Source: Lingula anatina (Eukaryota > Animalia > Brachiopoda). Taken from it: a stretch of DNA of 64,000 bases. The translations under genes were made by a program, and so were the position numbers. Location of the stretch: NCBI GenBank assembly GCA_051362555.1, contig CM120644.1:23644534-23708533 (forward strand). Direction: 5' to 3'. This document shows, piece after piece, positions 14,395 through 27,680 of the stretch; within the stretch, counting starts at the first letter, position 1, and each line of letters begins with the position of its first letter. Under the pieces are notes generated by a model. The model ran no database searches and was not told the origin of the DNA. It saw only the letters and a list, made by a program, of their open reading frames with translations.

Positions 14395-14621
14395 AATAAA
14401 GCTGCTATTCAAACTTTTAATCTTGCTGTTTTAACATGATATGAATAATCCAAATGTGTTTGAGGATAATAAGGCACTGTTATTCATCTATAGCACTAAT
14501 GTTGGCATTACAATTTTTTTTTTTCTTTTGTAAACTTATTTGCAATATTAAACAACATTTACCTGCATAATTATCACCAATTCCTAATTATGTGACACAG
14601 TTAAGAGAGCTTAATCTATAG
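13117..14621 (+). repeat. Tandem duplication of ~745 bp
   Basis: GGTCATTTTGTCAATTTTGATGC near 13122 and 13867; both units end GTTAAGAGAGCTTAA.CTATAG. Confidence 0.95.
13225..13394. mobile_element. ~170 bp hAT-like MITE (also duplicated at about 13968-14135)
   Basis: Ends CAGGAGCAGATCC / ATCCATCCCTG, flanked by CAATAA direct repeat; same family inverted at 56181-56349. Confidence 0.75.
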
Positions 14622-14879
14622 GACTTGAATGGGAAATCTCAACGTGTGTTTTATGTAATCTTATAGCTCTGAATTTAGCTAGTGATTATCCCAAGGGACA
14701 ATTACCACCATCCATAAACAGTAGCCCCATATAGCACTCCATAGAGCTGCATTGCTTCCAAAACAGAAAACAATTACACTGATTTCCAACACAAGCTACA
14801 CTTCAGTCCTATGAAGAAATGTGTATGTTGAGTATTGAAGATGAACACAAAACTATTGGATTGCCTACTAATAACTGTT

Positions 14880-15275
14880 CCGTTTCCAAGTGCTTGTTTT
14901 CGATGAGTATTTGCATTGGACACATTGCCACATAGTCAAATAAGGACTTACCCTGCATGCATAATTGCCAACACCGACCCACACGACAAACATGGTGTGC
15001 ACTGGGTGGTATTTTACTTCAATGAAAACGGGACTGGATTTTTTTTTACTCTTATGGCAAAGGACCTTATTATTATAACTATACATTTGAATGTTTTTTG
15101 GGCGAAAACTCGACATTTGTGTGGACGTTTAACACCAAAGTACTAAAGAGCATTTACACAAAAGTTTTTGGAAAATGCTGTATATATTATTTAGTGAACT
15201 GTTCTTGTGGGAAAACTTAAGAAGTTCTTAGAGGTTTTACTAATGGTATACAATTTAACGATATGTTAGTGTACT
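14880..15275 (+). pseudogene. Polinton adenain-type (C5) cysteine protease remnant
   Basis: YPACIIANTDPHDKHGVHWVVFYF, degenerate FF.SYG, then GKCCIYYL and FNDMLV; frameshifted. Confidence 0.88.
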
Positions 15276-16449
15276 AGGGCATTTCATCATGCCAAGTTTT
15301 ATAAATACGAGTTTTCAAGCTTGTAGATCAAAAAAGTCTTTAGGATTTATATGTTAAATACGTTAATTCATACAAAATAATAGCTAGTAGCTGGAAATAA
15401 CCATATTAACATTTATTATTGTCAATTAGCAGTATAGTAGGTTGCTCTCTGTCCATTCAAATACAGTAGTTATTTCCCCTAAACACTCAATAATTATGTA
15501 TATTTGCAAATCAACTTGACAGACGCATGTTCACCAGAGACTTAGTTACTCTGCATATTTGCAAATCCGCTTGAGAAACAAATGCTACTCAGACGTGTCT
15601 AATTATTAATATGCAAAGACTGAACTTCTTTATAGAATATTCTCGAACTTGCTACAGGTCCGTGACTCAGCGTTTCCGTACAAAAAAGAGAGATTATTCC
15701 AGAACAGTAAAATAGATAGATATTATGTCATTAGGATATTCCAGCTTCGTCACTCAGCATTTTCCTACAGAGTGCATGCTTTATTGTTTTTGGTGGAGAT
15801 CAGTTAAAATTAATTCAAGAGTAGATCACAGTAATCAGATATAGGCCTATAATGCATACAGTACCAATGTATGTGGTACCTAGAGTCTTTGAAATTAACG
15901 TAAATAAATTCAAGGCATGTCAACTGTGTTGTTGCTGTGATTACTTGGGGGTATACCTGCATTGATAAGAATCCACTCGTTATCATATTACTAAGTGCAG
16001 ACCGGTCCTATTAAGATCAATAGGTGATATCAAATGCTATGCAAACTATATACTGTTTGCTTGACACAGTGCCTTCTTAGTTTAATAATACCACTCATAC
16101 AATAACAACACGCACTCATCCCTATGTATACTCAGAAATCCACTTGCCAAACATCTGATACACCAATACGTGCACACCAAACGCATTCTAGATTATTCTG
16201 TGAACGAGACCGAGCATTACTTCTCACAATATTCTAGAACTTTCTTTTGTGTTCATGATTTTCTTTAAATTTATAAATAATCTAGAACTTTCTCCCAAAC
16301 CAAGTTGCTCAATAACGGCATCTAGATCTAGTGGGTGGCTAACAATAGCAATGGCGCTCGTTGAAATTAGACCCAGTAGGTAACTTAAAATTGGTTATAA
16401 TTATATAACCAAGGCTTCTAAGGCTTCCAAAAGTGTCCCTTAAACCTAT

Positions 16450-17230
16450 ACAACAGCCGACAGAAAGTTCACGTGACTCGCCTGCATCCGGTTGCTCCCC
16501 ATTACCACCGACTGAGCCTCCCCAGACAAGAATGGTATAACCTTCCAGTATATCGGGAAATTCCGGCTTTTTAATTTTGTTATTGCATGTTACCGCAAAA
16601 TACACCATTCTATTCTTTTTTCATTGGTTATGTAAGATAAAGACATTCCACAAATACTACTAAACATCTTCACCAAAGCACGTGCTTTCACCTTAATTAA
16701 TTTCACTGGGAAATAGATATCCTTCCCCTGGCAGTTCTGCAACTGCATCAAACAGCTTGGTGGCAATATCACCATGACGGTTCTCTAGTGCCAAATATAT
16801 CCTACTTCTACTTTCCCTGTCTCGAACATAAAGATCAATCCTTTATCAATTAGATATGTGACAACTTTAATGCTGCCGTTTTCTGCGTCTAAATGTATAC
16901 TACTTATATCCTCTTTGTCTTGTGAATTGACATCGGCTCCTTCATCAATAAGCCTGCTAATACCCTGATAGTGATCTCTTATTCCAGATAAATACAGATA
17001 ACTTATGCCACCAAGCAAAGACACATCACCTCAACTAATTTTACTGCGCTCATATTGAATTTCTTGTAAACCTGTGGCTGCGTACCCTTGCACAGTTTTG
17101 AACCTGTCACTCCTTGTTGGTGCTGGCAATGAGCTCAATGCATCCTCTTTTGAATATCATCAATGGTATCCTTTCTCAAACAGTTTGTCATGGTCATGTG
17201 GCACGGCATCTGTAATAAATGGCAGACGTT
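16450..17230 (-). pseudogene. Ankyrin-repeat gene fragment, degenerate and apparently intronless
   Basis: LIDEGADVNSQDKEDISSIHLDAENGSIKVVTYLIDKG, continuing by frameshift to YLALENRHGDIATKL; the outer limits are approximate. Confidence 0.65.
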
Positions 17231-19448
17231 GAAAAAATAAGACCTGGCCAACTACCGTATGCAATTATATGCAATTTCGATGTTTTACACATTTAACATT
17301 TTTTAGAGCAATACACCGATGTTTTTACACCTTATCTACGGCAGCATCTTTACACTGAAGACATTTTATTAAACCAAGATTGTAATGGTCTGCAATTCGG
17401 TAAATGTAAAATAAAAACTTCTTTGCGAGCCCCAAAAGTTGCAAGATATTACCTATAGCTTTCAAAAAATCAGATCGGACAGTGAAAATGCCGAAATTTG
17501 ATTTCGGATACTTGTCTTCAAAACAATTTTATACCTTCTACAATTAACTACCCTTTTAAATTAAAACTTCTAATATATAGTCCTATAATGGTTTAAAATA
17601 CCATTTATAGTAAGAAAATACTATGCTATGAATGAATTATCAATACCTGCTTGTTTAGATGTTAAGAAACACAAAATGGCCTCCAAAAGCAAAATATGTA
17701 GCAGTATGGTGAATTCATCATGCACTTAAAAATACAAACATAAAAATTGGCACAGTTGTGGAGAACATGATTCTTAGCAAGTTTGGTATAAGGACACGTC
17801 TGAAAAATTTTGCAGTCAATTTTAATATGCCCCTTTGAAGGTGAAAGCGATTCATATGGTCTTTTAATGACTTCCAATGTCAATTGATGGTTAGAAAATA
17901 CCATGGTTTGTATATAGTATCAATATCTGCTCCTTAATGTTTAAAAATTCCAAAATGGCACTCAAAAGCCCATGGGCCACATGCATTGTATTGCATTTTA
18001 TTGTATTGTATTGAATCATAATCACTCGTGAATAGGCATTTGGACTTTGCAACTTCTTGTATGATCATCATATTCCTACTTGAGCAGAAGCCTTGTTAAG
18101 ACCTACAGACCTTCTAAAAACACCACGCATGTTACATTTATTATCTATTTACTGAAACAGTCCCTTTTTTGCTAAAACAACATAAGTAGTTTTGCCCTTT
18201 GCCCTAGATTTTCATTAAGATCAATTCTCAGTTAGCGTATCAGGGCGACTTTCCCTTTATAAACAAACTACTATCATATAAAAATCTTTAAAATGTGAAA
18301 GAAGAACCAATGTAACCTAGCCTCAAAAAAGCAAATATAAGAATGAATGACAATTATTTAACCAATAAGTAGAAATGTAAAAAAATATATATATTTGACA
18401 TTCAAATCCCTTGCAAATCAAAAATGAAAAAAGTAAATGGTAAGCATATATTCTTGCAATTTCGGTCTACCAAGTCGTTATCTTCTGTTGAAAAAATTGT
18501 CCAATTACTAATTTCCCATATATTTCTCAAATGTGCGACAACTACTCACCAGAAAAATTTAACTTTAAATTAAAATCTAATTTGTAAAAATATCTTGACA
18601 TTTGTCATATCCTGTGGCATCTATATAATTGCTCCATGTGGTGGATGTACTTTGACCGAAAGGAGTCCCGTTTCACTTTTTACAGTCAATTTAGATTTCA
18701 ATATAACTAAAGGAGCAGTTTTTGATAAATCATTTATAATGAGGTGATTCCAAACCAAAAATATATAAAAAAGACTATTATAAGAATACGAAGTTGATTT
18801 TTTTCTAAAGAAATGTTTGATGGCCATATTAGAATTTTCAGACATGCCCCTATATCCAAAATTGCTAAGAATCCTATTTTTACAAGCATATCAACTTTTA
18901 TGCTTGTAGTTTTTAGTAAATTGTGAATTCACCATATTTCAGCCGTGAGTGGACTGTTTTTTCCTACTTTTGGAGGCTATTTTGGATTTCTATACACATA
19001 AAGAAGCAAATATTGATACTTCATTCATACCATAGTTTTGTCTAACCATAAAATAATATCTTAAGCTATTACAGGACGATATACTTGAAGATTTAATTTG
19101 AACGGGTATTTGTGGCGTAGTACCCTAGGTTCTAGATTCCGGTATGGCCAGCTCGATCTTGATTTCATATATAACCCATAGTAGCAATACCAGGGGACTC
19201 CATCACAAGGTATATTTAACAAGCTAGCTTTTACGTTGCTCTGACACTCAGGGTATGGCGTAGGTAAAAATGCACAATTCAACCTATTTTTCTGCACCAA
19301 ATTCTTGGACTATATTGCGATGCTGTATATATATAAGTTTTAAATCACTATATTTCTCTGCACAGATTAACAGATTTGTACAGATTTGTGTAAATCTCAC
19401 CAGTTTATAATACTAACAAATAAAAATGAATAGCCACGTGCCTAGTTA

Positions 19449-20372
19449 GGGGTCATGTCGATAACCCCCGCACCGTTAGTCCCCCGCACCAATACTCCTT
19501 CCTAGTGAATTGTTTACATTATGCGCATTGATACGACCCCAAAACAATAGATCCCCTCATCGATACACACCCCGTAAAATTACCGTTATACATGCACCGT
19601 GTCTCTTTGTCAACGATAAATTGTTATTTATAATGATCCCGATACAAGGGTTAATCATGAGTTCCAGGAATCCACAATATTCCACCATTTTTTAGGTTTC
19701 CTGATATTATATTTAGGTCGGTAATTTTTGGTCTAGATATTTTTTGTTACAAGTTAAATGTAAAAGAAAAGAAACAATAATTACAGCTCATTTAACTTGT
19801 CTAGTGGTTCCTAGAATCGCCCAAGGAGAGCATTATTTGTAAAATCTCACATGTCCAAGTAGACAAAGTAGATATTTTATAGTTAAATGAAACACTGCTT
19901 TTTTATTTCTCAATAATTCAACAAATTGAGAGGTGCCTGAAGAAAAGACTATGGTGTGTTATTTATCTTCAGATAAAACATTTCTGCTTTGAGTAAAATT
20001 AATAGATATATAAATAAAAAGTGTAATTTGAATACCGTAATTACTGATGAAGAATGAAGTGAAGTATACAGACATTTTAAAAAATTATAAAGCCGATCTG
20101 CACACAAAGTTTGTCATGAAAGGTCGACTATGTTCTAAGTTACGAGGCAGACCGATTTAAGTATCTGTTTCCTTATTTTTCTACAATATTCCGAATAAAA
20201 TTTGTCACTTTTGGGTCCCTATATGTTTGAAAAAAAAAAACATATTACAGAAAAGTTTTTAATCTAAAATTTTGTTTTGGCGTCGCATTTCTAATAATAA
20301 AAAAATGCTGCGGGTAAGTATTGGTGTGAGAGAGTTCGGTGCGGGGGAGTATAGGGATATCGATTTAACCCC
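19449..20372. mobile_element. MITE-like element with imperfect TIRs, ~920 bp
   Basis: GGGGTCATGTCGATA..CCCCCGCACC..CACCAATACT versus AGTATTGGTG..GGTGCGGGGG..TATCGATTTAACCCC, TA on both flanks. Confidence 0.65.
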
Positions 20373-21548
20373 TAGTGAACCGTATTCAGTGTAAGCGAAC
20401 GTGTGAATTGCAGTACAACCACTGTAGTGTTATTGTATGTTTTAATCATTTTAACACTCTGACGCTATAAAACGGTAATGGATTCTCAAAAATTTAATAT
20501 ATGCATAGGCTTAATAAATTGTCAGTGTCAGCGACCAGTCAAACTTGTTGATGTACAGCAAATTGTTCCGCTCAATGTTAAAAAGGACCTCATATTCTAT
20601 TACCCTTATTCCTTCAATCATGTTTTCAGTAAAAAACTTCCTCCTTGTACAGATAATCTAAATCTGGGTCAGGCACCATGTCTAGCGTCAAGGCAACTCG
20701 ATTCTTACGAATTTGGTCACGATGATAGGGATCTATACTGTCTTACTGCTCTGCTAACAGGCTGTAAGGCTGCTCGTGGTCAGACTACACAACGCTTCCT
20801 TTCTTCAGTACCTGAACCTGAAATATATGATGATCCAAAAGGATAAAATCATACCATAGACAGACAGGGAGTGGGACCTACCATATCTAGCAATTTCAAT
20901 CTTGCAGTAACTTATAAGGCCACAAGCTAGGCTGAAAATGCACCGTTTGATTTCAACTTAAATTTCAAAAGGCAAACTTCAGAGAAACTTGAGTTGGTGG
21001 TTCCTCTTCAAGAGACACTAATTAAACTATGTGATGGGTGTAAACGGTAGTTGATAAATATAAACAAGAAAGAATATCTTAGCGGTAACAGCTTCATATG
21101 TCTCCTTGATTAAAACAGGTTCAATGTGGTGTCAGAAGAATAGAAAAAAGCACTAAAGTGACAAACACAAGTATGATGTTCGAAATTTGGCCGATGACGG
21201 CCGCTTTTATTGTGAATCCCTCTAAATGTGTCTTTATATTAAGACATTTGCTGACATTTTGCGGGTTTGGGGTTAAAGGGGATATTTTGGGTTTTTTTTA
21301 TATGCTCTGTCAAATGTACACGTGCATGTGGTCGTATCAGGGGGAAGCGGCGACTTCATCTTGAGATTTTAAGATTGCAGACACCTACACTGCTTCTTGA
21401 TAAACTTGTACCCTTCCTAAAGTTTACACCTACTTTTAAACTTGATAAACTCGTACCCCTTTCTAGGTTTACGTCCATGTCTAACCTTGATAAACTCAAA
21501 TAAAACAAGTCTTCACTTTATATTTATGTATGTATACATATAACAATC

Positions 21549-21594
<46 letters not shown>

Positions 21595-22389
21595 CTTGCA
21601 ATCCAAGAAGAGTTTGATAAATATATAGAGGCAGTCAGATTAAATTAATAAATGATTTAAACAAGAATACTGATGGCTATTAAAACTAAGATAAACACAT
21701 TGGCTAAGCACTTCCCCTGCTAAGCGCGTGGAGCTGATAAACATATGGAGCTGCAACATGTGTGGAACTCCTAAACGCGTGGAGCTGTTGAACACCACGT
21801 TTAGTTTTTCAAGCCTCTCACAGAAGAAAATGCTTAACATTTTGTAGCAGTGTTGCACGTTTAGCTAGGTGATTAGCTTCACCGGAATCTGACCCCATAA
21901 CAAGTTTATCACAAGGCTCTACAATTTGGCTAAACACTTCCCCTTGTAAACGTGTGGAGCTATTGATGGCGTGGAGCAGCCTGCTCGAACACGTTTCCTT
22001 CCTTGCAATAACTCATGATTATTTAAAATATGCCTTTTAAGTAGTAATCCAGATAACAAGTAACGTTTTCATGACGTTATCAGGTGTAACATGCTGGTTA
22101 TGGTACAGAATAATATAATGATAACGTTATGGTAACGTTATGCGTGTTTTTAACTCCATGCAAAATAATGTCCCAGTCAACAAAAAACATTCTGGAAAAG
22201 CATTATATAATGTTTTGATTTTTTATATAAATAACCAAAACACTTCTTACGCTGATTTAACTACGGAAAACCATATCACCAGATTAATGTCAGTATTTAC
22301 TTTAAGCTCAGATATTAAAGAAAATGATAGCCTCCTGACAGTGATATGTTACACAGTAAAAGAACTCATTACAGTTAATCATGAAAAGT

Positions 22390-23264
22390 CATCAATAGCG
22401 GGTATGACCTCCAGCAGCCGCTTGCAGCGCCCTCATCCTACATGGCATACCCTGTGGCAAGTTTTTTTTTAGAGTTTGGATGGGGATATCATTCCACGCA
22501 GTGATATTTGCCTGTCGCATGAATCACTGTCGGCATGAAATGATCCCCAAACAGAGACGTTACTAACCCCTGCTTGCACCCTAGACAGTACACAATCATC
22601 GTTTCATGCCTCTCGTACACTTCGTGCGACACGGATTCGACCGTAACCCCCCCCCCCAAAAAAAAAAAATATATATATATATATCTGGCCTCATCACTGT
22701 AAAAGACTTGATTCCAGTGTTTTGGCTGCAAACGCACGTGGTCCCCAGCCCATTGCAGACGTCGCTGTATATGAGCTGCTGTTAACAGTGGTTTCCGTAC
22801 TGGTCTTCGTGCAAAGTAACCGGCTTGCAGTAATCTCTTGTTCACGAGGGACCTAGAGACGGGCGTTTGAATGACATTCTGCCACTCTTTTCTGCCACAC
22901 TGGTTGTGTTTGTACGACCAGCACGGCGCACTCTAAAGAGAAGCCGATCCTGTCTTCTTGGTGTGATACTCGGACACCCTGGTCGAGGTATTGGAGTAGA
23001 TGCCCCTGTTGTAGCATTTCTTTGGAGGACTTTACTAACGATTCCTGATAAATGTTGAATTGCCTGGCAATGGCTGTCCGCTTCTGGCTATTTTCTCTGA
23101 GAGCAAGAATCCCATATCAAACTGTGTTGCTTAGCTGTCGAATCATACCTTCTCTAAGGTACCTGTCAAGTTTCAGAGCAATCCCTTTATTGCTTCTCTA
23201 TCTATCTAGAGACATATCTGTGAATATCTGTAAAAAATCTATCACTCGCCCTGGTAGAGGGTAG
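22390..23264 (-). mobile_element. Tc1/mariner transposase remnant with one terminus
   Basis: AIARQFNI, PRPGCP, QDRLL, RLLQAGYFARRPVRKPLLT, RLQWA and WNQVFYSDEAR motifs; terminus CTACCCTCTACCAGGG abuts TA at 23265. Confidence 0.9.
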
Positions 23265-24534
23265 TAGATATTTTTGTATGTGTGGAAACTTTTTCAACTA
23301 AAAGGTCAAAAGTCGCCTTGCCTACTGGCTCACATGCCCACTTCCTTAAAGTTAGAAGAAAAAAGAAAGCTAGAGGTAGACCTTCAGGTGGAATTGTGAT
23401 ATACTATAAGACAGAGTTCCGAGATGCAATCAAGATGTGTAATGGTAGCAGTACGAACTTGTTGTGGATTAGGATGACTGGTAAACATTTCGGAATGCAA
23501 AATGATATATTTCTCTGTGCACTATACATAAAACCAGGCATTTCTTCATCTGATGAAGCAACTTTTGATATACTAGAGGAAGAAATTACACAGTTTAAAG
23601 CCCTGGGCTCAGTTTGCTTGTTAGTTGATTTTAATGCCATAACAGGGATGGTGTAAGACTTTGTGAAAGATGACAATATGATTGGACCTATGCCTGACAG
23701 CCGCATCAGTGACGGGAACTCAAAGCCTAGAAATAACCTAGACAGTGTGGTGAACCCCCAGGGAAGAACCCTACTAGAACTGTGCATTAGCAGAAACTTA
23801 TGTATTCCAAATGGTAGAATACGAGGCAACCCTTTAGGATATTTCACCTGTTACAACACAAAGGGTTGCAGCACTGTAGATTACGCTATTGTTAGTGATG
23901 AGCTTTTGAGCAAAATCAAATATTTTACAATACATCCGATAGATTACCTATCAGATCACTGCGGGTTAGATCGGACATTACAAATAACAGGTTTCAAAAA
24001 GTCTGCACAAACACAGCGAGTGAAGGGATTCAGTGACCGCTACATTTGGGAGTCAAACTCACGGGAAAAGTTCATAGAGGCCCTAGAAAATGAGACAATG
24101 ATGAATGACATTTGCTCCCTCCAACTTCCCTGCTACAAAAGACGGTGTGCACATTGCATGCAATTCATTTACAGACATCTTGGAAAATGCTGCTAAATCA
24201 TCCTTGCGTATTAAGAAGCGAACTGAAAATAAGCCTAAAAAAGTCCTAAAAGAACGAGAAAACAGCTGTGGTATGACGGCGTTTAATTGTGCTGAACTAC
24301 GACGAAATGTAAAGTACCTAGGCAAATTAATTCAAAATAACCCTAAGAATAAATTCATTTCATGCACATACCATGAAGTTGCAAAAAAGTACAAACAAGT
24401 TATTAAACAAAAGAAACATAACAACAAAAATGCACTCTTAAATGACCTGTTAAATTTTGAAGAAAAAAAAAAACCCAAGGCATTTTGGCAAACCCTTAAA
24501 AAACTAAACCAAGATAAAGAGCAGAAAAACTTAA

Positions 24535-26771
24535 AGGATTTGCTTCATACCGTCAGAATGGCCTCAAGGCTCAACGGAACATATTCTTCAGAAAACATGC
24601 CCAACTAACGATATCTTTATCCAAATACACAAATTAAAAGCTCATTTTGTAAATTTTTGGCTTTAAAAAACGTCCTATTTGCTCGGCCTGGGAGTTAATG
24701 AGCTACGTGGTCACGTGGTCCGATGACGACAATCGAGCCACTGGAGAACAGAGCGTGCTTAGCTGTCAAACTGAGCTGCATTGTCTACCTGTAAGATGAC
24801 TTCTCTGGCTTCTGATAAAAGTTAATACTCATTCAAATCTCTTACCCGAGGGATCTAAATCCTCATGAAGCTGTGTAAAACCATTCCCGTCTAGTCAATT
24901 CTTTAACGAGCATTTAATTATGGTTATTCCAAGTTGTATAAAACACTGCATTTGAATGAGTAAAGGGTACTGTGGATTATTGCATATGAGGGCCATGTTA
25001 TTTGTGAAATTCAATTACTTTTATTAAACCGCTGACACTCCGTCTTGGATACTTTTCTTAAACTGAGGTAAATGATGCCCGTTACCTTTACAAGTCCCAT
25101 CTTAATCATCCATCTAACTGGAACTTCCTTTACCTCTTAATTAGAGGGTTAAATGGCTGGCGATATTTATCTCAGGTAAAAATCTACCTGTGCTTTAGTT
25201 TCAAAGAGCAGCCCCCGCGGACCTGGGGGTACTAGATAAAATCTGAACACCGGGTTTATTGAGGAGCTAGAGAAACAGAGGAAGAATTTTTCCTGCACAG
25301 CTTCATAGGAATTTTAGCACGGACTTGATCCAGCTTAGACCTTCTAATTAACAGGGTGACATGGGCAATTTTCAAATACAAAATAAACAAATAATAAAAC
25401 TATATTTCAGTTAGCCTCCTCTTAAATAAATATATATACCGTTCTGGATAAATTAGAACATTTATTAAATCGACAGAAAATTTTTGACTTAAATGATTAT
25501 TTTATTATTAATGGAAATTAAGCTACTATATGGGGCACATTTGCTGAGATTACGCTGTTCTTGATGTTTTGCGTTAGTCTACATTTTGCTGTGCGTGCTT
25601 GGACTTTTTTAATTTTTTATACTCACGTATGTAAAACTGCACATTTAGTAAACGTTCAAGTAATGATTTTTCCCATGCTACTTATAGCAAACAATGCTCT
25701 TTTACCTTGATCTGCTACATGTTTTTGGGTTTGGCAAAGCATACAAATTTGCAAAAAGTTTTGTGTACAGACGCAGAACTTGTATTTCAAGGTATAAAAT
25801 GATAAGTCTTTTAAATTATTTTATACTTCAGATGAAATAACATTCAGAAACAAATCCTCAAAGCATAAACGAATTAGGATAACGAACCATTTTAGTACAT
25901 AAGTTCCTATTTTTTTCTTTAATATACCGCTCTTTTTTCTGTTTGTTCTTCAACACGTTTTCTTCCACGGAAGTAATGCCTGGGCATACGCATGTTTCAA
26001 GTTACCCTGAGAGCAATTACTTTTATTAATGTTCGCGACGGTGTTTGAACTCAATTGTTTAAATATTGATATTAAACGTCATTTACAAATACCAATAAAA
26101 TCACCCCATGAAATAAATGAGATATTTTGAAAAATTTGAAAGCCCACCAAGACGATTTTGATACCTGTTATTACCGGGGTTGGGAAGTGCAGCGGTGCAT
26201 AATTAACAGGTTTGTTGTAAACGAGCTTTTGGTCAACTACAATGCATTTAAAATGCATCAGCAATCAGTAAGTTTGCCAACTGATGACAGTTAAGCTGAA
26301 AGACTACCAGCTCTTGATATGATCTAAACCACCTGAGGTGACCATGATCTAGAGCATCGCAACTATTGTCACCGAAGTTAGTAAGTCACGGAAGACCGTG
26401 ACAGACAAAGAAAGATTGTCAACGAGAGCTGCAATTTTGGTGAATCCCACGGCAACACACCGAGGCATAACGCAAATTCCTCAACTCCGTTCAACACAAC
26501 TTTCCTTAACTTCTCCGTCTGTATGCACCATGCAGCTCACTTGAGTCTCATAGACCTTTATCGTGATTGTTGTCACAGTACCACGTGATCCAGATCTGTT
26601 GCTTCGTTTATGCATATTGAGGTGAGGTTTACTAAAACGCTTTTTGTCTACTAATAGATTGTTTTTATAATTTTTAAATGACGGGGATCGATTAAAACAT
26701 AACTGTAGCGTATAGATTAAGTGCTGGATCTTCAGAATTCGAGAAATGGATTTTTATATGAATATTGTCCT
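24535..26771. mobile_element. Kolobok-like non-autonomous element inserted in the LINE, 2237 bp
   Basis: TTAA duplication at 24531 and 26772, AGG...CCT imperfect TIRs. Removing it restores the LINE frame EQKNLISPDTWFNHF. Confidence 0.85.
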
Positions 26772-27299
26772 TTAATTAGTCCAGATACATGGTTTAACCA
26801 CTTCTACCATTTGTGTGGGATCCTTCCTGAAGGTGACCATGCCTTAGATAATGAAATTAAATCTTATGAAAGCCTATCAGGTGAAGCAGTACTTGACAAA
26901 CCTTTTACAGTGAAAGAGGTTAAAAATGACATTAAATATCTAAAAAATGGGAAATCACCTGGGGAAGACAAGGTGAGAAATGAAATGCTGAAAGCGGGGG
27001 TACAGTATTTTGCAGTTGTGCTCACAGAACTATTTAACGTGGTGCTGAATACATCTGAAATCCCTGAATCATGGAACCTAGGAATTATAATTCCGCTTTT
27101 TAAATCAATATGAACCCTGAAAACTATAGAGGCCTTTGCATAACTAGTTGCTTAGGAAAATTATTTAATTCAGTTTTAGCACACAGGCTAATCCAACATA
27201 TTAACAATGAAAACAAATTAAGTGAAGAGCAAGCAGGCTTCAGGCCAGGTTATAGAACAGCAGATCATATCTTTACTTTGAAATCACTAGTCAACAGGT

Positions 27300-27680
27300 A
27301 CCGTGTAGCTATTAAGTCCCCGGTCACTTTAATAGCCCACGCTGTCTACATCATACGAGCTAGTGCGCATGCCCCCGACAGTGTTAATGATAGGGGGATT
27401 ACGATAGACAGCGCATGTCGCTCACAGCGGGAGTCACTGTCGCCGCTGTTAAGCCGGTAATTAAGTCTTTAACTTGACTAAACATGTTTTGCTTTGTAAC
27501 TTGCGCCCTTCATTCAGTCTTGCTGTTGCGGAAGCGCCAGCGGGACATATCTCCACCTTGCCGATATTTATCCCGACTCTCGACTTTAAAAGTATTATTG
27601 GTTTTGATTTTATCAAAGTCTTATTATATCAGAAAACCTGCATATTTTCATACGTTAAGAGAATTATAGAAACTGTAGAA
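27300..27680. mobile_element. Foreign segment replacing part of the LINE RT domain
   Basis: RT homology stops after LKSLVNRY and resumes near SGIENKTLQ; the expected DFxKAFD motif is not recognisable. Confidence 0.5.

Larger units (their letters stand above)
6580..16140 (+). mobile_element. Decayed Polinton/Maverick-derived region
   Basis: Multiple rve c-integrase remnants plus an adenain-like protease remnant, bracketed by a ~200 bp imperfect inverted repeat (6580-6805 / 15941-16140). Confidence 0.8.
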
